Below, piece after piece: positions 20,313-30,300 of a stretch of 64,000 bases of DNA. Source of the stretch: Desulfomonilia bacterium (GTDB lineage: Bacteria; Desulfobacterota; Desulfomonilia; UBA1062); NCBI GenBank assembly GCA_050014195.1, contig JBEKDT010000008.1, positions 128,001-192,000 on the forward strand, given 5' to 3'. Position 1 is the first letter of the stretch. Every line of letters starts with the position of its first letter. The position numbers were made by a program, and so were the translations under genes. A model generated the notes under the pieces. It was not told the origin of the DNA. It was given only the letters and a program-made list of their open reading frames with translations, and made no database searches.

Positions 20313-21041
20313 ATGAGACGATCTATCCTATTTATCTTATTGCTGATCATATCCGGTTGTGCAACTCAGCAGGATCTCAATGCCCTCAAGAGTCAGGTGG
20401 ATATGCTCCAATCCCGCCAGAGTATGGCCGAGAAGAAGACGGCGGAAATCTCCAAGCTCACGGACCAGTCCCTTAAGCAGCAGGGCGAGTTGCAGAATCG
20501 GTATTCTGAGCTGCAGAATCAGATGTTCACGCTCCAGGGGTCCATCGACCAGATCTCGGCATCTGCAGGGCTTACTTCGGCCGGTGGAGGCGAGACCAAG
20601 ATATCCAAGCTGGAAAAGGATGTCCAGTCCCTCAAGGACCAGCTTCAGAACAAGGGGACTGCTCCTGCCCAGAATTCGCTCTATGACAGCGGCATGGAAA
20701 AATTCAAGGCCGGGATGTTCAGCGATGCGGTCCAGGACTTCAAAGGCTTTCTTGCCCAGAATCCCGACCCGGCACTCGCCGGTAATGCCTACTTCTACAT
20801 GGGAGAGTCCCTCTATGCCCTGGGCAAGTATGATGACGGTATCTTAAGCTATGATACGGTAGTAAAGAAGTTCAAGGACAGCGATAAAGTGCCTGATGCC
20901 CTCTATAAACAAGGGCTGTCGTTCATGAAGATGGGAGACAACGAGACCGGTACGCTGATCCTGCAGCAGCTCATAAAAGAGCACCCCAAGACCGATGCCG
21001 CAAAGAAGGCCAAAAAGGCATTGAAAAACCCTCCTGCTTAG
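20313..21041 (+). CDS. cpoB: Cell division coordinator CpoB (YbgF), coiled coil plus TPR
   Basis: Lipobox-like ISGC, coiled coil, TPRs (AYFYMGES, KVPDALYKQG); follows pal. Confidence 0.88.
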   Translation: MRRSILFILLLIISGCATQQDLNALKSQVDMLQSRQSMAEKKTAEISKLTDQSLKQQGELQNRYSELQNQMFTLQGSIDQISASAGLTSAGGGETKISKLEKDVQSLKDQLQNKGTAPAQNSLYDSGMEKFKAGMFSDAVQDFKGFLAQNPDPALAGNAYFYMGESLYALGKYDDGILSYDTVVKKFKDSDKVPDALYKQGLSFMKMGDNETGTLILQQLIKEHPKTDAAKKAKKALKNPPA

Positions 21042-21112
21042 AAAGGGATGATGGTCTTTGACCTGTAATATGTTTTGCATCGAGAAAATCGTAAATGGAG
21101 AAAGGGGTTTTC

Positions 21113-23665
21113 ATGAAGATCAGATCATTTAGAGTGATTCCCACACTTCCTGAGATGCTTAATCCCATCCTGTCACTTGCATACAATATCTGGTATTGCT
21201 GGAACCACAAAGGTCTGCGTCTCTTTCAGCACATGGACAGAGACCTCTGGGAGGAGACGGGCCACAATCCCGTGGATATGCTCTCCCGTATCTCGCAGGG
21301 CCGCATCATGGACCTCATGGAAGACGAAGGATTCCTCTCCCAGATGAAGAAGACCTACGAGGAATTCGAGGACTACATCGCAGAGAAGGGGGTATATTCC
21401 TTCCTCCTGGCCCAACCCATTGACTTTACGATAGCCTATTTTTCCATGGAATTCGGCCTCACCGAGAGCCTGCCCATCTACTCGGGAGGGTTAGGTGTGC
21501 TGGCCGGCGACCATTTGAAGAGCGCCAGCGACTTGAGGCTGCCTCTCTACGGGGTTGGCCTCATGTACAAGCATGGATACTTCACCCAGTACTTGAGCTG
21601 GGACGGCTGGCAACAGGAGGAATCACCGGATAATGACTTCTATCATATGGCCCTTATGCTGGAACAGAAAGACAGTGGAAAGCCCATCAAGATCTCATTG
21701 AAGCTCGCAGACAGGGAATGCCGGGCACAGATTTGGAAATGCCAGGTGGGCAGGGTGCCGCTGTACTTACTGGACACCAATCTGGAGGAGAACCATCCTG
21801 ACGAGCGAAATATCACGGGTGGGCTCTATGCGGGCAACCAGGAGGACAGGCTCAGGCAGGAGATCCTTTTGGGCATCGGCGGCATGAGGGCACTGGATGC
21901 CCTGGGCATCGATCCCATGGTGTACCACATGAACGAAGGGCACAGCTTTCTCGTCGGATTAGAGCGCATCCGTAACCTCATGAAGATTAAGAACATGGAT
22001 TTCAACACCGCCCGCGAGGTGGTGAGGGCATCGTTCGTCTTCACCACGCACACACCGGTCCCTGCAGGCAATGACGTCTTTGAGATGGGGCTCATGGAAA
22101 AATATCTCAAGCCCTATGTGGATGACACGGGGATCAAGTGGTCTGACTTTCTCGCGCTCGGCAGGAAGAACCCTTACGACGACAAGGAAGGTTTTGGTGC
22201 CACGGTATTCGCACTCAAGAATTCCGCCTTTCGCAATGGGGTAAGCAAACTCCACGGCCAGGTCTCAAGGGATATGTGGAGGGACATCTGGCCGCACGTC
22301 AAGACAGAGGATGTGCCTATCTCTTCTATTACCAACGGCATCCATATCCCTTCATGGATCTCAGACGAGATGGCCGAGCTCTTCGACCGGTACCTCGGCC
22401 CCAAATGGAAGGAAGACCCGGACAATCAAAAGGTTTGGGAACGGATCGACGAAATACCCGATGCCGAGCTGTGGTCCACACATCAGCGGCGCAGGGAGAG
22501 GCTGGTTGCCTTTGCGCGTAAAAGGCTCATGAAGCAGCTTGCCACACGAGGTGCCAAGCCGAAGGATATCCAAAGGGCCATGGAGACTCTGCATCCTGAT
22601 GCACTGACCATCGGATATGCCCGGCGCTTTGCCACATACAAGCGCGGTCTCCTTATCTTCAGGGACATCGATCGCCTTAAGGCCATCCTGGCCAACCGCG
22701 AGCTTCCGGTACAGCTCATCGTGGCAGGCAAGGCGCATCCCAGAGATCACGAGGGCAAGACCATCATCCAGAAGATCATCCACATCGCACGCGAGGAGCC
22801 TTTCAGAGACAAGATCGTGTTCCTTGAGGATTATAATATGAATATAACACGTTACCTCGTGGAGGGCGTGGATGTGTGGCTCAACAACCCTAGACGACCC
22901 TTTGAGGCTTGCGGTACATCGGGCATGAAGGCTACTGCAAACGGCGCGCTCAACTTGAGCGTTCAGGACGGCTGGTGGGTGGAGGGATATCACCCCGATC
23001 TCGGTTGGTCCATTGGAAACGGCGAGGTCTACGACAACTACGACTATCAGGATCAGGTTGAGAGCAAGGCCATCTACGATCTGCTGGAGCGCGAGATTAT
23101 CCCGTTGTTCTATGAACGCGGTCTCGACGGACTGCCCAGAGGCTGGATCACCATGATGAAGAAATCCATGCGCAGCTTATGTCCTGTATTCAATTCCAAC
23201 CGCATGGTTGAGGAATACACGGACAGGTGCTATATGGCCGCAGCCCTGAACGTGAAGACTTTAATGGGTGACAATTTCAAGAACGTACGCCAGGTGGTCA
23301 AGTGGAAGGACACATTGACATCGCGCTGGAGCGATGTGACGGTGCAGGACATCAGTCATGAGGGGGGGGACGAGGTCGCGGTGCACAGCGACATAACGAT
23401 CCGCGCCGAGGTGAAGCTTGGCGCCATCAACCCGTATGACGTCAGCGTACGGGTATACTACGGGAACATCGATGATGCCGGTAACCTCAATGGGGCAAAG
23501 GATGTGATGATGGATCACATCAAGGAGCTCGGCAAGGGTGTCCATGTCTTTGAGGCCCGCATCACGTGCGATGATACGGGCAGGTTCGGGTATTCCGTGA
23601 GGATACTGCCGTCCCATACGAATCTCATCTACCCGGTGGATATGGGTTTGATTTGCTGGGCGTGA
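21113..23665 (+). CDS. glgP: Alpha-glucan (glycogen/maltodextrin) phosphorylase
   Basis: YSGGLGVLAGD, HMNEGH, FTTHTP, ARRFATYKR, EACGTSGMK PLP-lysine motif. Confidence 0.96.
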   Translation: MKIRSFRVIPTLPEMLNPILSLAYNIWYCWNHKGLRLFQHMDRDLWEETGHNPVDMLSRISQGRIMDLMEDEGFLSQMKKTYEEFEDYIAEKGVYSFLLAQPIDFTIAYFSMEFGLTESLPIYSGGLGVLAGDHLKSASDLRLPLYGVGLMYKHGYFTQYLSWDGWQQEESPDNDFYHMALMLEQKDSGKPIKISLKLADRECRAQIWKCQVGRVPLYLLDTNLEENHPDERNITGGLYAGNQEDRLRQEILLGIGGMRALDALGIDPMVYHMNEGHSFLVGLERIRNLMKIKNMDFNTAREVVRASFVFTTHTPVPAGNDVFEMGLMEKYLKPYVDDTGIKWSDFLALGRKNPYDDKEGFGATVFALKNSAFRNGVSKLHGQVSRDMWRDIWPHVKTEDVPISSITNGIHIPSWISDEMAELFDRYLGPKWKEDPDNQKVWERIDEIPDAELWSTHQRRRERLVAFARKRLMKQLATRGAKPKDIQRAMETLHPDALTIGYARRFATYKRGLLIFRDIDRLKAILANRELPVQLIVAGKAHPRDHEGKTIIQKIIHIAREEPFRDKIVFLEDYNMNITRYLVEGVDVWLNNPRRPFEACGTSGMKATANGALNLSVQDGWWVEGYHPDLGWSIGNGEVYDNYDYQDQVESKAIYDLLEREIIPLFYERGLDGLPRGWITMMKKSMRSLCPVFNSNRMVEEYTDRCYMAAALNVKTLMGDNFKNVRQVVKWKDTLTSRWSDVTVQDISHEGGDEVAVHSDITIRAEVKLGAINPYDVSVRVYYGNIDDAGNLNGAKDVMMDHIKELGKGVHVFEARITCDDTGRFGYSVRILPSHTNLIYPVDMGLICWA

Positions 23666-23680
23666 TTGTCATGATGATAT

Positions 23681-23732
23681 GGAGGAGCGGCTTTAGCCGC
23701 GATGAAGTAATCGCGCCTGAAGGCGCTCCTAC
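23681..23732. repeat. REP doublet (REPIN-like, GTAG/GGAG family)
   Basis: GGAGGAGCGGCTTTAGCCGCGA and inverted copy GTAGGAGCGCCTTCAGGCGCGA (minus strand), 8 nt apart, each with its own internal palindrome; between glgP and pyk. Confidence 0.75.
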
Positions 23733-23766
23733 AAACAATATTCCAGGCTTCTTGGAAGCTTGAGAT

Positions 23767-25203
23767 ATGAGACTGCCCAATCATAAGACCAAGATCGTAT
23801 GTACCATCGGGCCTGCTTCCAGGACTCGTTCCATCATGGAGCGGATGATCATAGCAGGGATGGATATCGCCCGCCTGAATTTTTCTCACGGTGATTTTAA
23901 CTCCCACGAACAGGTGATTAAAGATCTGAGGGCCGCGGCTCAATCTGTAGGAAAGCGACTTACCATCATGGGCGACCTGCCCGGGCCCAAGATGCGTATA
24001 GGGGTTATGGCCCAAGAGCCGGTTGAATTGAGGCCGGGCAATGGCTTTACGCTCACTACCGAAGAGGTAGCGGGTGATGAGAACAGGGTATCGGTGAGCT
24101 TCAAGCGCCTCCCCCAGGCTGTCAAGGCAGGGGATACGCTCTTCTTAAATGATGGGCTCATTGCGCTTGAGGTCACCAGGGTCCAAGAAAGCAATGTGGA
24201 ATGCAAGGTCCTTGTAGGAGGGGAACTGCGCTCCCACAAAGGGCTCAACCTGCCGGGCATCGATCTGGGCATCAGCGCATTCACTCAGCAGGATCATGTA
24301 TGCCTGAGTTTTGCCGCCAGGCAGGGCCTGGATGCGGTCTGTCAATCCTTTGTGATCTCAGGGGCGGATATCCGTGCAGTGCGCGAGGCTGCAGAGGCAA
24401 TCGATTACCATCCTTTCATCATTGCCAAGGTCGAACGATCGGCTGCGCTTGATCACATCGACGATATCCTCGATGCATCAGACGGCATAATGATCGCCAG
24501 GGGAGACCTTGGTGTGGAGATCCCCATCGAGAAGATTGCAATAGTCCAGAAAGAGCTCATGGCGAAAGCGATCATTCGCGGAAAACCGGTTATTACCGCA
24601 ACCCAGATGCTTGAATCCATGACGGAAAACCGCAGACCCACACGGGCCGAGGTGACGGACGTGACAAATGCCATACTGGACGGCACCGATTGCGTCATGC
24701 TCTCGGGTGAGTCGGCCATGGGCAAGTATCCTCTAGAGGCTGTAGAGATGCTCGGCAGGATTGCTTCGGTTACCGAGCCGTACGGTCCCGGATATCGTCT
24801 GAGGGAGAGGCTCAGGGAGATCACGGAAATACAGACAAGCAGGATAAGTGATCTGGTTGTGTTCAGCATAGAGGCAATCTTCAAGCATATTTCACCGGCG
24901 GCGGTGTTTGTCCCCACCAACAGCGGGGCCATGGCCAGGAGTATTACACGCTTCAGGCTCCCGGTATGGATTGTTGCCATGAGCAGATCAGAGCTCACGT
25001 GTCAACAACTCCAGTTCTCTTATGGTGTCCAAAGCGCTCAGGAAGCCGAATATCCTGATGATTGGAGGCCTTATGTGAGGTCATGGCTCCATGAGCATGA
25101 GGTGGAAGGGGACATTGCCATCCTCACCCAAGGGCCTTCGAAGAAGCACCCGGAGGCGAATCACCGGATGGAGATCATTGACCTGAAACAAGTACCGGAA
25201 TAA
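23767..25203 (+). CDS. pyk: Pyruvate kinase
   Basis: KTKIVCTIGPAS, ARLNFSHG, DLPGPK, IARGDLGVE, ATQMLESM, MLSGESAMG. Confidence 0.98.
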   Translation: MRLPNHKTKIVCTIGPASRTRSIMERMIIAGMDIARLNFSHGDFNSHEQVIKDLRAAAQSVGKRLTIMGDLPGPKMRIGVMAQEPVELRPGNGFTLTTEEVAGDENRVSVSFKRLPQAVKAGDTLFLNDGLIALEVTRVQESNVECKVLVGGELRSHKGLNLPGIDLGISAFTQQDHVCLSFAARQGLDAVCQSFVISGADIRAVREAAEAIDYHPFIIAKVERSAALDHIDDILDASDGIMIARGDLGVEIPIEKIAIVQKELMAKAIIRGKPVITATQMLESMTENRRPTRAEVTDVTNAILDGTDCVMLSGESAMGKYPLEAVEMLGRIASVTEPYGPGYRLRERLREITEIQTSRISDLVVFSIEAIFKHISPAAVFVPTNSGAMARSITRFRLPVWIVAMSRSELTCQQLQFSYGVQSAQEAEYPDDWRPYVRSWLHEHEVEGDIAILTQGPSKKHPEANHRMEIIDLKQVPE

Positions 25204-25232
25204 GTGTTGACCATAAAAAAATATTTTCGTGT

Positions 25233-25317
<85 letters not shown>

Positions 25318-25347
25318 TTAATTTTATTGAAGTTTTTCTCAGTGCGA

Positions 25348-26454
25348 TCATCTCTTAAACCCCCTGATAACCGAGAGTGTGCCCAAATTGTGCCCATCCT
25401 GTGCCCGTGAGAGTGTCTCGGCGTTCTCCTGATACATGGTTGAAAGCCGCTCGCAAGCTAGCCTGATGTCATCTTCGCTGGTGATATTGTACCGGTCAAA
25501 TACAGCCCTTGTCTTGTGTCCGGAGATCCTCATCGCCACCACTTCAGGAACACCGGCCCGGACCATATTCCGTACCGCAGTACGTCTCAGGTCATGGAAG
25601 AGCCGCCCCTCAAGTTTCACTTTGATAAGCGCTTTCTCCCATGCAGTCCTGAAATCTTTGTTGAACGGCTGCCCGTTATGATGAAAGAAAAACACATTCT
25701 GACACTCCGGGAATCTGGCATCACGGATTTTCTTTTGTGCGAGCAAGACATCAAAAAGCTCACCGAACATGTAAACAACCCGGCCTTCCCCGTTCTTCGT
25801 GCTTCCGGGTTCAAGGATGATCCTGTGATTCCAGATATCGACCTGATGCCACTGAAGATCAAGAAGCTCTCCGCGTCTCATACCCGTATAGTAAGCCGCG
25901 ATCAATAAAGGCTTGAGGTAAGAGGGAAGCGCATCTCTGAGATTTACATACTCGTCGTACTCAAAGAATCCAGTTCGTACGTTGGTTTCTTTCAACTTTG
26001 GGATGTGGGGCATCATTGTCACCTTGGGAGGTGTATGCCGGAACCCAAGGGTAAAAGCCCTCCTGAGAGCGCTTAACTCCCGGTTGATGGTTCCGTTTTT
26101 CATCCCTGCTTTCTGACGGTCAAAGATGTATTGCTGAACATGAGTCGTTGTCACCTTGCAGGCCTTCAGATTGCCGAAGAAATCCCTGAGATGTTCCGTG
26201 CTGTATCGGAGTCGTTCACAAGACTTCCGCTCCATGAGACTATATTCTGCAATAATGTCGTCCAACAGCTCATTAACCATGGTTCGTTCTACCTGAAGCC
26301 CCTGGAAGGTGCCTTGCACGATGCTCCCTTCCCTGAGCTTGAGCAATTTATCCGCATCGGATTTCTTCTTTGAGTGCGCTGACTCCCTGTACGGCTTGCC
26401 GTCCCGATAATACTTGATCCACCAAACTTTTCCTCTTTTATAAGCAGTTCCCAT
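25348..26454 (-). CDS. Tyrosine integrase of element 1
   Basis: Arm-binding N-terminus (VWWIKYYRDGK), TGMRRGE, TKNG, FHDLRRT, SGHKT, RY; adjacent to the tRNA; alternative start at 26508. Confidence 0.95.
   Translation of the reverse strand: MGTAYKRGKVWWIKYYRDGKPYRESAHSKKKSDADKLLKLREGSIVQGTFQGLQVERTMVNELLDDIIAEYSLMERKSCERLRYSTEHLRDFFGNLKACKVTTTHVQQYIFDRQKAGMKNGTINRELSALRRAFTLGFRHTPPKVTMMPHIPKLKETNVRTGFFEYDEYVNLRDALPSYLKPLLIAAYYTGMRRGELLDLQWHQVDIWNHRIILEPGSTKNGEGRVVYMFGELFDVLLAQKKIRDARFPECQNVFFFHHNGQPFNKDFRTAWEKALIKVKLEGRLFHDLRRTAVRNMVRAGVPEVVAMRISGHKTRAVFDRYNITSEDDIRLACERLSTMYQENAETLSRAQDGHNLGTLSVIRGFKR
25378..25406. promoter_or_regulatory. Putative integrase arm-type sites, TGTGCCC x3
   Basis: TGTGCCC at 25378, 25389 and 25400 (11-bp period); related TGTGACT/CGTGCCC pair with the same period at 53642/53653 near the other end. 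Confidence 0.6.
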
Positions 26455-26587
26455 GAACTGATCCTTTCTTTGCCGTGGGCACGGCTTCAGCACTCCTCCT
26501 TTCTCCATGGATTTGAAGTAAAGCCCTGCAATTATCAGGCTTACCCTTCCTCGTAATTATACTACCGGCCACAAAACGAGGAAAGCT

Positions 26588-26788
26588 TCAAAAGGAGAAG
26601 GTAGTTTTCTGCTTCTCAATCCATCTGTCCATGTCGTTAACATCAAGGAGCACGCGCCTTCCATCCCTGATGCAAGGAATCTTCCCTGCCCAGACCATCT
26701 CGCGGATAGCCCAATCCGTTCTTCCCAGGTAAACAGCCGCTTCCGGTATCGAGTACAATCTCTTGGGTGGTCTAATCTTCTCAGTCAT
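26588..26788 (-). CDS. Excisionase-like HTH protein
   Basis: 66 aa, LYSIPEAAVYLG...GKIPCIRDGRRVLL...DRWIE pattern; directly upstream of the integrase. Confidence 0.88.
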   Translation of the reverse strand: MTEKIRPPKRLYSIPEAAVYLGRTDWAIREMVWAGKIPCIRDGRRVLLDVNDMDRWIEKQKTTFSF

Positions 26789-27308
26789 ACAATTACCCAA
26801 TTTGTTCATGACTCGGATGGATTCACTGTTATGAGATTTGGGGAACAATCATTGTAGAACTGGGACTTTTTCCAATGAGTAAAACCACCCATGAACGTGT
26901 GTATGCTTACTGCTACAACAAGCAAGTTGATCATGAATTCTTCCTCCTTTGTCTTTAAACATAAAAACCAACTTTTCCTCCCTTGCCCCTTTCGCAAATG
27001 ATTGAAGGGGAAGGGAGGAACGACCGGAGAAAGGGAAGCCAGAAAGGCTCACCATATAGGAGTGGTTACAAAATGTGACCATAGGAGACCCCGAAGCGCT
27101 GCAAGCAGCATGACAACATGTTTACATGTTGGCGTGCTGCTTCTGAGCAAGCGGAGGGGGCTTATTTTGTTACTATAACCAGTAGAACTTAATGTCTTTT
27201 AAGCATATTAGTGTGAAAGTATTGACAGGTTCTAAATTTTGTAACAGATATTCAAGCATATTTAAAAAAGAGGATAAGAAGTGGTTTATTTAAGGGGATG
27301 AATAGCGA

Positions 27309-30300
27309 ATGACACACCCTAATGATAGAACGTTTGCAGATGTTATTGAATCAATAAAAAATCTCTACAGAGGTTATTCTATTGAAGATATAGCAACAAC
27401 TCTTTTTGTATCTCATCTCTGGTTACCCAATATCGCGAGTCCAGTGAAACATATTTTGTTTTCCATGATTCTTTGTTCCTTGAAGCCGGATGAATATGCA
27501 AAAACTTCAGCTATAAATAATTATTCAGAATTTCAGGAATTTTTGAATAAGCTATACATCCTAGCTCCTGACTTCATTATGCTGGAAGATTATGTTCCAG
27601 AATTGGACTGGGGAGAAGTTAAATTTCAACTTAATGAAAAAAGGTATCATATCTTTTATGGTTGTGACCTTTCTAATGTATTTGATTATCTCACTTTATT
27701 TCAGATTCTCTATGAACCAGTTGATCAAAAGTACATGGAATTAGCACATCGCTCTCCAATGAATGAATTAAAATCTATATTGTCAATACAGGACCAGATT
27801 ATAACAAGCATTTCATCCCAGCCAGATAGAAATGGGCTAACAGTATCACCCGGAGAGACAGGTATTCCATCCGAATCCTTTTGGAACGAAGCAGTTCATG
27901 TATATAAATTGCTCAACTTTGAAGAAATCGCCGGAAAAGATTTTCTTGAGAATTTCAGTATAAAATCGGGTGAATTACCTCCAGTGATTTTATCTGAAGA
28001 GAAATTCGGAGATGCTGTTGCAGATGACCGTACATTCCCTAATATTTTCGTTGAGCTTGATGGCAGACATTTCCTGATCTTACCAAGAAGAATGTCCGGG
28101 GTTCTTTTCGATACTTGGGGAGAATTATTAGAAAGATATCGAGCATCTATTATAAAGCAAGGAAGGCTTCTTGAAGTGTCAGTCGCAGGCGGATTCTGCC
28201 GATTTGTAAAGGAACGATTTTCAGAAGAGGTCTCACTACTGTTTGTATCAGCTCGTTCTGGAGAAAATACAGCGCATGAAATAATTTTTCCAGTAGTGAT
28301 AAAATCAAGGGATAAGCTAGTCCTCTTTTATATCCTACCCCCGTCTGAAGATGGGGAAGTTATAACTAGCTTACTTGCTGATATTTCCCCTAAGCTGAAG
28401 GAAGCAATTCAATTTCTTAAACAACCACCTACCCAGTTGATCATGCACCTCAAAAACCAGCTGGTCGAATTCCGTTCTGATAAAGAAGACGATGCTTTGA
28501 CCCCAGAGCTTTTCATACTCATCCCTCAAACGTACACTGGTCCGTTTTTAATTAAGTTGAAAGAAGAACCGCCCGGGAGAGTGCAATACATGGATTCCAT
28601 GCTCGCTATTCTTGATGAACTTTATAAGGTTGATGAACTTTCTGACTTTCTTGAGTATTTGGAGGAAATTGAGAAATCTTTTATGTCACCCCTAACTTCG
28701 TTACTCGATAAGTTCGCATCTTATAAAGATATGCATGGAGTTTTAATTGGTGGTGCTTTAACTCCCAACATGGTGATGATCGACCCCCATTGGGGTAGTC
28801 GTTTTCGATATGAGTCGCTAGCCAAGTTTTGGAGTCTTTATCCTGAGAGAGGTCTCTTTGGCAATCCACGCAGTTGGCAAATAATAAAGGAGGGTCCACG
28901 GAGGATTAGGTTAGCAGCAAGGTCATATTTTGGTTCTACACTTCATTTTAAAATAGGTAAGGTTCATGCCTTCTTTACAGCTCCATTTGATAAAATGTCA
29001 TTTGAACAGGGATATATCTCTAACTTCTTGATGGAGTGCGCTGAAGATAATTTATATCAATATAAAGATGTTATTGGAGTACATAGAGTTTTTGAGAAAA
29101 ATCAGGAGATCCTTGTCCTATTCTTTCCCTTTTCTCTTGTAAATATGAATACTGAATTTAAGCACTTATGGCACCTTAGTGCTGAAACAACAGCCTGGTG
29201 TGCTGATGTAAGTATCCTAGATACATTGACCATTGGTGTGAGAATTGTCTTCAATGAAGAAATAATCAGGCAATCTTTTTTGGAAATTCAGGATCGATCT
29301 ATGGAGGCTGCATTACTATTGGAGATTATGCGCAAAATTGATTCCCGTTGCCATGATCCAAAGATAAAGGGCATTATAGATATTATTGAGAAAGGGAAAA
29401 CAGGAAAACCAAGATTCATGTTCTTCACCGAAAAAATGCCGGCATCTTTTCCGGAGCTGATCAAGCCATGTCAACCTTTGCCACATCATTTCAAACTTGC
29501 GAAGAAACGACTTGCAGAATTAGCAATGCTTGCGGGCTTACCAGAGGGCAAGTACGATCTTGCTACTGCAAAAGACAAGCTGAATGTTCTGCGTAAGGAG
29601 GTGTTCACAGAGATCAACAAGATAGTGAAGGAGTTTAACTTTGAAAGTTCGATTCCAAAAATAATCGGCTGGGCGGATGCAATTTTGGATCGACGAGAAC
29701 GTGAGAGGATGACTATCGAGCATTCACTTGAACATGATGTGGATTACAACCGGGAAGAGCTCTATTCAAAGAATGAAGAGGATTACCTTCGAATACATCG
29801 TAGCTATCGTTATTTAATTGAGAAATTTGTTCAACTCCAGCCAGCCGGGAAGCAAGTCATTTCGGAAGAACAGGCTTGCCGTCTCCTTGCTTTCATTGAT
29901 TGGTTTTTTGTGATTATCCAAGCAAGCGACATTATACATTATGACATCAACCCAGTAGGTCTTACTATCGATCAAGATTTTCTAATTGAGGTTGAGTATA
30001 GTGAAGACATAAATGAAAAGGAAACCCAATTCGCTCAGGAACAAGCTCAGTTACGACTTGGGATTATTGGTAACACGAAGGATGCAATTAAATATCCCAA
30101 ATTTATTAAAGAGCAGATGCCAGAATTGGATGAAGCTTTTCACAAGGACTATGGATTCAGATTTACTAACCTCATTAGTGTAATGATTATGCTAACTCAT
30201 TGGCCAGAACATGCTGAGGCGGTTGTTGTAGCGCCGAGTTATTCTGCTACAAAAGATGAAATCGCAGTAGTTGCACAAAAAGCCATTGATAGCATTGGGA

